Below, piece by piece: positions 37,767 through 51,786 of a DNA stretch of 64,000 nucleotides (position 1 is the stretch's first letter; the number at the start of each line of letters is the position of its first letter). This DNA comes from Lingula anatina (lineage: Eukaryota > Animalia > Brachiopoda): assembly GCA_051362555.1 (NCBI GenBank), contig CM120642.1, positions 27,590,001 to 27,654,000 on the forward strand. The letters are read 5' to 3'. The notes under the pieces were generated by a model. It had not been told where the DNA came from, ran no database searches, and saw only the letters and a list, made by a program, of their open reading frames with translations. A program made the translations under genes and the position numbers.

Positions 37767-38344
37767 TTTATACATTGTATAGAGATTAATTAGAACATAC
37801 GATTATATTGACATATCTGGTGCTTTGTTCCGTTGCCAACTATTATCCAGCCGATATGGTTATTCAGGGTCAACCTGATATTAGTATATTAAAGATCCGC
37901 ACAAGCGTAAGTGATTAAGAAACAGTCTGTGCCAAATACTTTTCAACTTACAGGCAATCCAGGCCACCAAGGTCTGAGGATCTACTGGCCTGAATGGTAA
38001 TTCACTGGCCCAAGTCCAGTTTTCAAAAAAATTTACCTATAATAATCCACAGAGACTTAACACGCTTCATATTACAAATGAGAACAAAAACATGGGGTTT
38101 CAAAAGATATGAGGCATTTAGCCTACTTTTATTAAACGAATTGTAGTACATGTTACAGCTAAAAAATCCAGTGACTATTTTTCAGAAATTTCATTGGCCC
38201 GGTCCAATTTTTAGTGGCATTGGCAGTCGGACCAGGTTAACGTCAGACTGAAGAAGACTTTAGGATAATTCACATTAGCCCTAAAACCATACCAGGTGAT
38301 TAAAAAGTGATCAAGTTGGGTGAACATAAAAACGCATTTTTTGT

Positions 38345-38580
38345 TTCCTCTGCCAAGGAGGTTTATCGGTAGGTTTGTCTGTTCGTTGTAGCTTAGCTCA
38401 AAAAGTTGTGGATGGATTTTGCTGAAATTTTGACGGAAGGTAACACATGGGCTAACTTAAAAATGATAAAATTTTGATGTTAATACATTACTTAATTAGT
38501 GGTTAATTATTAGTTAGTTATTTTTTTAGTTGCCTGTTATCAACATTATGCAGAGGAATTTTAATGAAATTTTCAGTCGA
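38345..38580 (+). mobile_element. Second Helentron/HINE-like fragment related to 16003-16164
   Basis: TTCCTCTGCCAAGGAGG...GTTTGTCTGTT...CTCAAAAAGTTGTGGATGGATTTTGCTGAAATTTTG, with a repeated GAATTTTAATGAAATTTTCAG core. Confidence 0.6.
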
Positions 38581-41500
38581 TCGAACGTGTGTCAAGACAA
38601 ACTGTATCAGATTATATAAGAAGGTAATATTTTCCAGATATGCTATAATGAAGATAGTGTAAATGCTCAATATTGGCATTTGTTTCCGTTCTATCAAAGC
38701 TGTAAAATCCGCGGAATGCTGGATCAGTGCGATTGAATTCATTCCAAAACAAGGCAGTCGGTACTGCGTGGCAAGAACACGTGCGAGAATCCGCGTGAGG
38801 TGAGATAAGCTATTCAATGATAAGGGTAAAACTCTATGCGAGGGAATTTCATTTAAGGCAGCAATGCAAAAGTGATGTGCCAAATATGGTGGATTCATAC
38901 TATTGTGCAAAAGATTCAAATTATTCTAAAAAAAAGAAAAACTAAAGAGAAAACTGGAAAATACCCCTGCCGTGGATAAATTCTGTCTATTCTTATCCGT
39001 TATTCGTTGCCGCGCCGCATGCGGTAGTCTGCCATTATATCTGATCCCGATATCACGCTTAGTCGCAAAACTTTAGGCAATCTTGGATGATTCCCAAGGT
39101 TTTCCGTATTTGCTTATGGTGCACGAATTTGAATGCAATTTCAAACATTCCTTCAACGATGATAAATGGCTATGATTTGTCAGCAGTTTCATGAGTGTAT
39201 ATGACCGTTTGCAAATAATCTGAACATTGTGCATTTATTTTAATTAGTAGACGCCATTTCATGTTGGTTTCAATCTCACTGGACGGCCCATATATGAAAG
39301 TAAATATGAGGAGGTGGATAGGACCTTTGAGGCTGTAAGTAGCAATTTACTGGTAATTACCTTGCTTTGAAAGGCCATTCCTGGAAATCACTCCACACCA
39401 CGTTCAAACTGCCATTTAAACAAGTCCCTAATTGTTGCTGTTGTTCAGATGATACCGATCTTTTCTTTCAGTGTTGGCGATTTGCGTGCTTAAATCTTGG
39501 TAATGACCCTGACAAGGTACCATGATTAAGAATTAAAGGAGGAATGTGAGGGGTCATATGATAACGAAGCGAAGCAAGTTGCAGAATAAGGTTTCGTCTT
39601 GGTAATTTTAGTATTGGCAGGATGTCATCGCACTTTGTTTGACGCACGGGTTTCGGATGAACGAGGTTATCGCCCTCTGTCAGTTTGAAGACAGTCATTA
39701 CACTTGTATTGCGCACAGACTTTTGTTAACCTGATTGTGCAGCAACCAATCTTATTCAATGGTATCTTAAAAATAAAAATGCATCAGGACAAATACTTTG
39801 GGGGAGATAAATGACTGTGGAATGATATGCTCTTGGTATAATTTTATTAACATCAAATTTCACAAAAAGACTAACAATACAATTCCATGGTACAGCGGCT
39901 ATTAGTCACATTATAAGTAGACCAGGCATTATACTTTTGATTACTCTGATTCAGGGTTCATCATCATCATTTTGGTACATTTTGCAGCATTTCTCTTGCC
40001 CCAATTTAGGTCTTACAATCCATGCAGGTAATATATATACAATATGCTTACCTGCAGTTGTAAGAACCTGGCGTGTAAAGCTTATACCTGAGCCAAGTGC
40101 TTCTCCCAATTGTAAGTTCTTGGCTTTTGGTGCTTTTCCTAATTCAGCTAAATAATGGTTTTGATCCACTTCTCTGCTATTGAAATGAATTAGTTTGGCA
40201 ATTTACTTATACCAATCTATCGGTCTTTTTACCAGAACCTTCCGGCCCATTCAAATATAATGAGAGTTGAGGTTAATTCAGAAGTGAAATCTCATTGAAA
40301 GAGCTTCAAAATGCAAGCCAAATCTGGTGCTCTTGTACCGTTTTTTGAACTGGTACTTAAGGACTCATTGGGATAATTCAGACGTTTTCTTGAAAAATTG
40401 AGAAGCGTTTTTGGTGGCTCCGAGTCTGCATCAATTTGAAAGTGACAACGGATGTCAGCATGTACAAGACGAGTTAGCCCTTATTTTGGTTTAATATGGC
40501 TTAGTTTAAACTTGTATGTAACACACTTTGACTTTCACTAATATCTTAATCTGTGTTACTTAGAACTGACAGAGAGATAATCAAATAGTTCAATTATTGA
40601 GAGCGTTTGAACCCTTTGTAACCAGACAAGGAAATAATGGGGCCTTATTTTTCGTTCATAGATAGGCGCGTCGAGTCGCAGTTAAATTTCGTTTGCTTCA
40701 TAAGTTTCTCTTTGTATTGGTTTCTTGACGAAAGAAAATGGCCACGTATATCTTACATTATTATACAGCAAGCTTGAGATTTGGTCCCTGTCCCTATCTT
40801 AACAGTGACCAAGGTCCATTAATTTCCCCACACAAATGGGAGATGGATATCATTCCATTATTCCATTTACACTGAATGCGAAGATGAGTTTACACACGCT
40901 CGGGCAGTTCCAAGTTTCATAACATCAATTCTATTCATCCAAACTTAATGTGATGTAGTGTATTCATGTTTTATTATGGTTACTGTTGCAGTATCTCGTA
41001 CAGTGACACGAGTGAATATTTCTTTCACTAGATTTGTTCATAATTAGCTCGGTCCAAGTTGATCAAAACAATTTGTTAGCCCCCTTAAGTTTACCCTAGG
41101 GTTATAAGGCCGATATAATGTGAAGGAAGGGCGGGTTAAATAAGTGAATTGGAGAAGCACAAATTGCGTCCTGATGTCCTACTAGTTCATTGATTTTGGT
41201 TTTCCAAGAAGAATCGGTGTGGCTTTCACACTGTCTTTCCTTATATTATCTCGTAATCTTTGCCAGACAATGTGCGGCAAACATTTGATAAGAACTGCCT
41301 TTTGGACTGGGTTACGTTTTATTTCCGACGATGAGTAAAATGCGTGAGAAAAATGACCAGATATCAGAAGAATTCCTATCTTTTCAACACAAAATGAAGA
41401 GCTCTTTTTTGTTCGTTTCCTAGCGGCTGTAGCTTATTAAGGTACACTGTGAAGTTATGTATCTCTTTAAAGCTACATATAAAGCGAGTGCGGATGCCCT

Positions 41501-44247
41501 GTGGCGAATAAAAACAACTTCTAGTAGTTTCTCATACGAATCAAATCAAGTCAATATGTTAATTGGATAACCAAATTTATCCATCGGTCAGCCAGAAATA
41601 ACTTAAATATTGTCCTCTCTTTAAATTTTATGGTTGAAAACTTGACCTGTTTACCCGTCCCTCCGGTTCGTAAAAGTCCGTCAAATGACGAAGAAATGAA
41701 TGACACATTAGTCTGCGCGCGCAATTGTATAGATATTGAAACTACACTTGACGGAATCAACACAGGTTATATAGGACAAGAAGCAAGCAGTTCAAAAGTT
41801 TTTTCGGTATTTTTAAAGTTATGCTATTTGTAATTATATAATGGTAGGGGCCTATATGGGCGGGTTTAGTAGTTAATATTTGACTTCATCTGTAACTTTA
41901 AGTTATGAGACTTACCCTGTGTATATAGGATATGATCTAAAAAAAGGAATGAATGGACAATAAGGGTAGAAAGCATCACTTTCATAATTATTCTCATATT
42001 CTTCTTCCCGACGGCTGAAGCCAGTAGAAACGCAAACGCAAACGCGGTGATAATGGAGGAAAGAAACGTCAAGGGTTGAAAAGCAAAAAAAACTAAATCA
42101 AGAACGACAAAAAACATTTCTATTTCAGAAAGACGAATTAAAGATTGGTGTTCACTTTCAGTATTTGCAGCTGGAGAGACGGATATTGAGCACGCGAAAT
42201 TTAACACTTAGAAAAAAAGATATTACTAGGGAACAGCAAGACCCGTTCAAACACGCCATTTTATCATTAAGATACCCAGCAATCGCGGAACTGGCGTTTC
42301 CTTTGCGGCGGTTATGATGTATCAATATTCAAAATTGATAACTCATATTGATGAAAATGATGCGGGTAGTATTTTCCTGTCACTACTCCGTGCTTTATAT
42401 CATATCTGTAATTTACCCAGACCGTCACATCATCTCCGCCTCATCGGTAAATTGTGACTATGGAAATCTGAAGTCTGTACAGGTTATAATTAATTGCTTA
42501 GTCTATTTTTTTACATTAAACCTGTATCAACAGCACTTATAAACTTGGTATTCGTTATTATCTACAAGTGGGGTACAATATCATGTTGGGTTTCAGGGAT
42601 TTCTCACACCGAAGCACATATTGATGCGTGCAGGCAAATGACGTGTTAACATTGAACAAACTCAAAACAGAAACCTTTTTTAAGTCAGCTATGTTTTGTA
42701 AGCGGATGGACGCTTACATTAAGGTTTCAGTTTGGTATTGTCATAGTCTGCTAACCCAATCAGTAACATGCATCACGCTCTCTTACAGGCGCCAATATTA
42801 CTGAACTAATGAAACATCAAAAAGTTCTAGTTCAGCGAAAACATATCAGCTTATCACAAGGGTAACGTGCCGTTGTTAATGTTGCAGCATATCATGTGCT
42901 AGTAATGTAGCATAGCGTTGTGTGGGGTGGACAAGTCGTCTGTTTCATTCATATAATGACATTGTGATTTTGATATACTTGTAGTTAAATTGTATTTGCC
43001 TGTGCTCTGTGACTAAAACAATAAATGTGGTTTGGGAACACGGATAATGCATCGCTTCTCAAACACTAAGTAATTTGTCTCCCAGCAGTAATTTACTTTT
43101 CGATAAATTCATTATATATTTGACAGGATTCCTGTCACTGAAGGTGATCTAATATAATCTTGTAGACAGCTAGCTTACCAGCATTGTATTTCACAGCCAC
43201 TACTAGATGCATAAATCTTGACCAGTATCTGCTTCCTTCTCTTGTGTAATTAGCCATATATACTAATTAAAAAGGAGGCAAACAAAGATAAAATAACTCG
43301 TAGCATGAAATATCAGTATATTAACTTTGTCAGTGATAATTATTTTATTTTAATTGGAAGCTAGACGTAAACATGTACTGACCGAAGGTTTATGAAGAAT
43401 ACGCCAGATAGCTTTGCCTTGCTTTTGCTTGTTAACGCTGATCAAATTGGGTTTGTCAGTGAAGAACTCTACTAACAAGCCTTTCCATGATTGAGATATT
43501 AAGATGATGCTCTGGAAATGAGGCTTCTAAGGCATGGCATATGTTACAAAATAGAAATATAAGAAACAACTTTTTATAAAAGACGTAAATGACAAAAATA
43601 CGTGTTTTTTGCTGCCATGGGAATGTAATGACCGTCAGCTTTGATTGAAGTCGTATTTCTAGTCACGTTAAGACGGCTAACTTAGTACATACTGGGTAAG
43701 CAAGGGCCTGCTATAGAAATTTTCTATAGCCCGAAAGTTGGTCTAAACTTTTAACCCAAAATTGATGTCCACTTTGGCAGAAGGTAAAAATCTGGAGTGG
43801 TCCAAATAAATAGGGTACTGTCATTGCGTAGGATTCAGAGCGATATTTATATTACGGCAGTGGACGGCTAATGCATTCATCTTGAACTGAATTACTTCGG
43901 AATGCAACCGATCTATACAAACGAGCTAATTATCTTTCGTCGAAATTTGGCTTAATCAAAAGATTGTTCATCTAGCAGATCTACGTCTAGAATTTAAACT
44001 GTCCAAAATAAAAAAGGTTGTAAATTGGACAGTGTCAGAATGGTTAAGTATAAAACTGTTGTGAGAAGAGGTTCTACTTTCTCTATTTGGTTCCAATGGT
44101 GTGGTTGATGAATAACGTCTGGAATATAATTTGATGTATTTTCTTATAAAACAAAATTAAAACTCTAAATAATTTTCCTTGTAAGATTGGTAGCCAAATA
44201 ATATTAAATACTTTTAATATTTGATTCATGTTTAAAACTTCGGTTTC

Positions 44248-44343
44248 CCAGCAAACTCATGGCGTTATTAAAACGTTACCGTAACGTTTTTTTTGTTATA
44301 TTAACGTTATGGTAACGTTATAATAACGCCATGAGTTTGCTGG
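44248..44343. mobile_element. 96-bp fold-back MITE with CCAGCAAAC termini
   Basis: 41-bp arms: CCAGCAAACTCATGGCGTTATTAAAACGTTACCGTAACGTT versus the reverse complement of the right arm, with 2 mismatches and a short AT-rich loop. Confidence 0.85.
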
Positions 44344-44588
44344 ATTTCCATCTTTTGAACAACTTAACTGCGATATTTTTGTTTAGTTTACAAGCAAAAT
44401 ATTTTCAAAGGGTATAAGCCTAGGTTATTTTAATATAATTCAAACAACAAAGGTAAAGTTGGACATGCAAGCAGAGTCTCACAAATGTCAGTTGGTTCCC
44501 TCGTCTGCCATCCATTATTGTGAAGAAGCCGACCTTCTTTATCCTCCCTGCTTTACTTATGTTTATAAATTCTCCACAGCAGACAGAC

Positions 44589-44591
<3 letters not shown>

Positions 44592-44661
<70 letters not shown>
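44592..44661. repeat. (TA)n microsatellite
   Basis: Directly visible. Confidence 0.95.
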
Positions 44662-44665
<4 letters not shown>

Positions 44666-45367
44666 CTACAATAAGAGGATTTATGTGTGATGAGTATGTC
44701 TATGTTATGTAAGCCTCCCAGGGAGCTGGGCTCTTATAAAATGAGCTCCAGATGCCTCTTCCCTAATTATAGACTGGGTGTCTCCTATTTGTAAGTCACA
44801 CAAACTTTTATTATTACCAAGCGGCGCTGGTAAGTTACAAGAACAATAACCTACTAAACGGTTTGGATTTTTTTGAAGAAGTGATAGAAATAAAGTTATC
44901 ATTCTCTTCGGTGCATCTGCAGAATTCATGAATACATATGCCTCTGATTGGCTGATCATAATGAGGTCAAGTACTGTCCAATCAGGTTGAACTTATGTCA
45001 CAAATTTTATGACCTTAAATTACTTTTGCAAAATAAGTATAAAATTTTTTTAAAGTGCTTGAAAGTTATAAAGCACTGTTGAAACTTGTTTTTTGTTAAT
45101 TTTAAGAGCATTTTCTGTATCTGTTTTCTTTTTTTTTTTTTACGGAAAGCCAAGAAACGAGGGCTTGTTATTTGTCCAGAATATAAGCCATTAGATTATC
45201 CAACGGATGCTTTGATAGTAAGTGTTAAAAGAAAATCCCAGCGTTAATGATAAGCAGCTTTAGAGAAGATAAATATCACTTTACAGATTCAAAATGTTGT
45301 TGATTGTGCTGCAGACACTGCAGGAGCGATTGTTTGCCGAGTGTTAGTTCTCGAAAATTCTCCGCCC

Positions 45368-46207
45368 CAGTGGTGGGTGGAAGGGTATCACGTGATTTTT
45401 GGGAGCCAATGAAAAAAGCGGGAATTTTACATATTTTGTGAATATTTAAATTAGTGATTAGATGTATAAGAAAAATGTATGAAATGAAATATACTCTTAA
45501 TTATGTTTTTATGAAATATGTGAAATAAAAAGTTTATAATCATATCAAAGTTCTTCCATTTATTTTTGATAATTTTGTCATTTCACATTTTATTTGCTTT
45601 AAACTTTGGTCAAGCTTATTTTCCACAATAAATAAAAAAAAAAAAAAAAAAAATATTGTCCTGACATGCCCTTCCTTATAGTTATCAACTGAACTATCAA
45701 CTTTACATAATTTATTATTTTAATTTCTAGAGGTGATTATTATTCTTATTGAAACAAGAAATTAACAATAATACACAGAAAAATTAAAGTCAATAAAAAA
45801 TCGACACTACCAGCAAATTTTACTACTGCCCTATATGTCCTGATAAAGATGTGATATCTATGCCACATTGACATTTTACAACTCTACTCGTCGGTTTGTT
45901 GATCATAAATTGCACATTTTTTCAAGTATTTTATTATAAGTTTGTAGCATCCATATTTAAACCATTTATATAAATTCATTGAAACAAAGTCGGCGTAACG
46001 TTACGCAAATGCCCCAATAAACAATCCATCGCACACAGTTCTGCAAACGTTACTGGGCGAAGACGCAGGAAGACGTCGATGTTTACTCTTCGACGGCAAA
46101 ACGTCAAACATGGACATAATGAGTCTCTCATTATGTCCATGCATCAAATGACTGACGTGCGTGCGCATCTTTTGACGTATCACGTGATACCCTTCCAACC
46201 ACCACTG
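45368..46207. mobile_element. 840-bp non-autonomous DNA transposon with 29-bp TIRs and a perfect 9-bp TSD (Mutator-like by TSD length)
   Basis: TIR CAGTGGTGGGTGGAAGGGTATCACGTGAT / ATCACGTGATACCCTTCCAACCACCACTG (1 mismatch). TCTCCGCCC duplicated at 45359-45367 and 46208-46216. AT-rich non-coding interior. Confidence 0.9.
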
Positions 46208-46354
46208 TCTCCGCCCGATGTTCAAGTCTAGATGGGAATTTGAATCCTATTTTCGAAAGATCGCGTTGGCAGCATGAATATATCTAAAACAATCCAATTT
46301 AAAGCAAAGTACAATTGAAGATTTTTAAAATCTTTTAATGCGTACGATGAAACT

Positions 46355-46522
46355 CTAGAGTTAGCGACTGGTCTGATCAGTCGTTAAATATCCAAGGCAA
46401 CAACGAGACAATAACGAGCGAGAGAACTAGCGACTGCTTCGTGAAACGGCACTCCAACTAGCGATAGGCTAACTACCGATCGCTAACTACAGGTAACTAC
46501 TGCTTTGTGAAACCGGCCCCTG
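46355..46522 (-). mobile_element. Fragments of GGGGCCGGTTTCACAAAGC-terminated (Harbinger-like) MITEs
   Basis: Ends in GCTTTGTGAAACCGGCCCCTG, with an internal GCTTCGTGAAACGGCAC and AACTAGCGA repeats. Related termini occur near 54075, 54350 and 58135. Confidence 0.5.
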
Positions 46523-49500
46523 GACATTACGTTTATGAATATACAATATATTTTTACTGTAACTCATTCACTCTGCAACAAGCATCTGAATCTTCAAGCC
46601 ACATCTTGTACATTTAATAACAATGCTATACTATATTACCCCAAATTTAAAAAATACACTTCGTCACATACACTAAGCCATTTACATGTAGTGTGTGTAT
46701 TTTTGATTGGGGGCGGTAGAAAGAGAAGGGTTTTTACGTTTATTTTAGATTAAAATTCATATGATAATCTTAAATCTAGCTTATGAATACAGTTAAATGC
46801 TACTGTTTAATGATATTAGAGCATGTTCATTTTGATATCACGTGAACTCTCTGTGGTATTCTTGGCCTTAAAATGAATTGAAAGAGTAGAGAATAGGATG
46901 ACAGTGATTTTAACGGCTTCATGAAAAGATTCGTTCAACTCACAAACAAAATTTTTCAAATCCGCGGATTTATCCGGGACCTGTGTCACTAAATGCTTGA
47001 ATTTTTTCAGCATAGTCGAGACTGTCAAACTCAGATAGCCGACTACAAAAAGTCGGTTTTGTGATATATGTGTTCTTGGAAAGTTTGACGAACAGATTGC
47101 CCACAGCCAATGGGCTACTAAGCAATGTAAACTGTCACCACGAAGAGTATCGTAAATGTCACTGTCAAGACGACCAAAATATAATCTTACCCCTTACTTG
47201 AAATCATGAAAAACGAGGTAGTTAGATTACCATTGTGAAAATGAGCAAAACATGTATTTACTCAGACCGATTTGCCACTTTTGTTGTTTTGCATGTCAAA
47301 AAGTATGGTGACATGCATTCCCTTCCGAGATTCTGTATTCGCGAATTCAGATTAGATTTTTCTTGGAAGGAATATTGATCTCGGCTCCGGTGTTTGTTAT
47401 GGGATTGATGATGTACACACACTTGACAATATATAATATCTAACACCATTCTTTAATAGAGGGACCTTTCAATAAAAGCGGCCGCTACCGGCCAAATTTC
47501 GAACACTATATATCTGTGTTTGTCATTTACTTATCCTTTGGCTTGGGTTAATGAGGAGACATAAATGACTGTATCATTTTATTAACATCAAATTTCACAA
47601 AAGAAACGGTTCAACTGTATCGATATTCTGACATCGCTTATATTCCGCCTCTTCAGGTTAATAACTTTGATTACTCTGATTCAGGGGGTGGCACTTTTAT
47701 TGTCCAGTGTGTGTATATCCAAGGTAATTTGATTTTTTCGTTTTTTTTTTTTTTGGGGGGGGGGGGGGGGGGGTCGGAGAACAGACGAAAATCGGTGCGC
47801 GCGCAGGATGTCATCCATAAAAATAAAAAAGTGTGGCCTTATTGTCAATTTGTTACTATTCGGTCATACGTGTAACTTTCTATTGCACTTCAACTTTAAG
47901 CTACACATTGTTTTTTAAGCTTAACGTGATGTTGTTGTTATAAACCCATACACAGCACATGTACATGTATAGAGATTATTTAATTAGGTTAATCAGTAAC
48001 TGATATGACGTCATGATAAGTGATACAACATAGAGAGGGGGGTACGTGACCTTCTTCATTGTCCAGCGAAATTGATTTACAGCTTAATCATAATCATAAT
48101 CATACTGGTCAACACGCGTTCGAGATCTTTAGTATCGACAATGAGGTGTATTTGATACTTGTATATTTACCAGTAGGGGATAATTTTCCGGCACGTTTTT
48201 GTAAACTGTCATATGCATATGTATACGTATCAGAACCACAGTTCTTGCTGTATGCATGCATAGTTTATGAACACAGTGCTGACTTTGTCCATGACAGAAA
48301 CACGCTCATGATAGTCGACGGCGTTGGTTGATTTATACTATTTCCTTGTGAGTGGGAGGTCGGATATATGTGGTTGGAACGACGTATGCCAATTATTTCA
48401 TCAACACAGATCTTACTAAGTCACTTAAGTACTTATTGTATTGACATGTAGAAAAGATAGAAATTTTGGTTTTGATGCGGTGCTTTGGGCGTTGTTTACG
48501 TTAAATCATTGCGATGGGAACAACTTCCTGCCCGATTGTCAACGCCATCTCGTTTAATGCGACCTCCTTTACATAATAATAATAATAAACGCGATCTTAT
48601 TTTAATATTGCACTAACTTTGTCTGCGCTCATTACATAAAATGCGAAAATGTGGAACTAAAGAATGATGAACGATCACATTCATTTTGCAAATATCCGTT
48701 TCACATTTGAGAACGCCGAAAGCATAGGCCCGTCTATCGCCTGTTCACTGCCTCTCACATTGGTTGACCCTTTAGATGAAATGATTTAAGGTACGCAGTT
48801 AGATTTGCGTTGACATCATTGATAATGGTATCATGTGTATAACGAGTAATCTTAAAATGATGTCTTTAATGTAAAGAAATTTGGTCCAAATCAATGACTT
48901 AAATCCTACGAAACCGATTAAGCAGCTGCGCAACTGGCAGACTGCCTCCGGTACCAGAACAATTTTCTCAGTTTCAACAGCGCTTCAAAAATCTTCTAGA
49001 ATCGTTAATAAAGTTGTTAACAGCACAAAGACAGATTGGTTGCACGCGTCATCAGTTCGTTAGCATGCGATGACATAGACCCTTGGTTGGTGATTAAGTC
49101 AGGCAATGAATTGATACAGAGTAAAGATCAGAGGTTTCTTTTGTGTTCTGAAACTTAAAAAGATCACCACAAGTTGCCAACTTCTAGGTTTCTTGTGTTG
49201 GAAATTACTTGTGCATTCCAGTCATCGTATGTCTGAGCATATTTATTACATATGCTATGGCGATGAGCATTATATCCATATGAGATAGCGATGGGCTTAG
49301 TCAATTTTGTTTTAATCTTGACTGACTTTTTATTTTTTATGCGGAATATGGCATACAATGTTTGACGGGTCGAACGATCAAATCTATGGCATTGGCTGCA
49401 ACAAATTGGATCTTGCTAGATAAGTTCAGTACTGATTACTTTGCTATCTCATAGAAACACTTACACACAGCAGGCACACGATAAAATTAAGCTATTTTCA

Positions 49501-51786
49501 TTTTTGAATTCATTGTATTGTTATATACCGGTATGTATAAGCCAGACCAAAGGTATCACTGTCAGAAAACCTTCAAGAATCGGCTGAAATATCATTGACT
49601 TACTACAACTTCCTTTTGCATGTTTCATATCCCAGCTACTTTATATCACATTGGACTTAATGACCTATTCTTTGATGCAGGAACTTAAGCGCGTATCAAA
49701 TCTGACACATCAATAATAATATACAGTCAAGTGCTAAAACACAGTTGGCAATGATGAAAGAGCGTGGTCAGCTATCACGTAGTGAGGTCGCTAATGCGTA
49801 TGAGAGAAAGAAGATAAGTGGCCTTCTTGCACATTTGCTAACACGTTTCACATATTTCGAAAGATCTAGCGATACGTTCATTTTTCGAAATTCAATTGCG
49901 CCACTTTTTACAAAATCGTTGTTTTATTGATTATATTTGCATAACTTATGTGACAAAATTTAAGGGGAAGGAAAAGTCACATATGTCACATTTAATATCT
50001 CTGTCATTTGCAATTTCAATTTTGTTCCGCAAATTTGAAGGTTACGATTTCTCCTCGTAAATTTCAAAGAAAACCTGTTTTAATACATTTGCGCATTTTT
50101 GATATCGGTTTGATATCATCTTAAGCACAGCTTTGGTATTCGTTCATATGCTATACCTTCCATTATAAATCTATCGGACATACATGAAGAGTGGGTGAAT
50201 GAAATCCAGTGATATGGAATGATGGGTAGAATGACCAAACTTGGAATTTTAGAGCGATAAGTTTTTGTTTGACAAACGATTCTTTCAAAATAACATTAAA
50301 AAATACAATTTGTAATAATAACGTCTGATGAGTCTTTTTTTTATTTATACGGAGGATATATGGAAATAATCCCATGGATCATTAAGGATATTCCGGCATT
50401 CCCTGCAGAGTGCATGTGAAAGACAGACAAACAAAAATAGTTTTTGTGATAGTATCGGGGATAATGAGACCTGGCGTGGGGATTAATGCTGATGGAATTA
50501 TGCAACTTCTTAAATAGGCATTACAAAGTATGACGTTTCCTTGTCTGTCTTCAAGAGCAACTCAGCGTGAGTGCGAGACGCGGTTCCAAGCGTTGTGGAG
50601 CAGATGTCATTTTTCCACCTAAAGTACAACGTGAAAACATTACTTGTCGTTTTTATTTACCATGATAAAACGATACATCTATCACAATAATTATATGACA
50701 TTAAGTGCACCATTTCAATACTCAATAAAACACAGAGTCAGATGAAGTTTCACAATTTCTGAAACACTAGAATGAATTCAAACCAAAGCACTGAATATAG
50801 TTGTTTTTGCCCTCTGCAGCCAATTAAACAGAATCATTACTGAAAAATTCTGGAAAAGTCGACTTCAATAATAGCTTTAACAACACTAAACTCACGGTTA
50901 CTGACGAAATAAACAACTAAAAGTAAGGTGGTTGATATTATCCATCGAATCTGTTGTATCAGTACAAACATTATAAACATATCCATTTCCCTCACATGTG
51001 AGGTATTATTGTCAGCTATCTTTTGATAACGTTTCAACGATATAAACTTTGGAAGGCAAAAATATACCTTTCTTCTCGTTTTTTTTTTCTTAAAAAGAAT
51101 GCCTTTGAACGTGAGCAAATGACTGATCTTTAAATAATAACATGTTACGCATTTTTTCAGTTTTCTTTTCACAGATTTCGTTGTCTTTCACAAATGCTTT
51201 TTGTCTCCATATCAAATACAAAACAACATCATAGGAATGTTCTTGGACGATTTAACTTGGCATCTTCATAAACGATATGTCTAGAGCCGCCGTAATCGTC
51301 AAAGACAAATGAAGTGAATGAGTGAAACAATATTAAAGCACAAATGTAAGTACAGAGATATAAATCAAAGGAGTTCATCCTGAAATTAATCTTTTTTTTT
51401 ATCTAGCAGTCTTGTTCCTTACATCGATTTACTAATTTGTCAAGGTGTCAAGAAAGTGGCATGTTCCTGGCATCAACAAACGTTATGTTACTAGCAGTAT
51501 CAACAGAATATAATGATGCAGTTAATTTGCACACTCGATTTTTCTTTCAATAATGACAGAGATTCCATACTGATGAATGCCTTTCTTTTTAGATTTGTTC
51601 AATCAAATGCGCCACCAAAAACGGAATGAAGCTGGTAAAACCGTTTTTGATAAATACGCTTTGTAATCATAATAAGGTCTTGCTCTTCCGCAAGCGCATT
51701 TATCTTAATTGATGGTTTGTGCATTGCAAAGGCGCCATATGCACACGGTCATATAGATACGACCTTTCTTCATCCATGCTATGTCA

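Noticed and set aside
37950-38250. Repeated ACTGGCC/ATTGGCCC motifs suggesting a hAT-like MITE
   Set aside because: Terminal inverted repeats and a TSD could not be matched.
41551-42300. Short ORFs and exon-like segments (MVENLTCLP..., MLNFACSIS...)
   Set aside because: No chain of phase-compatible exons or protein motif could be assembled.
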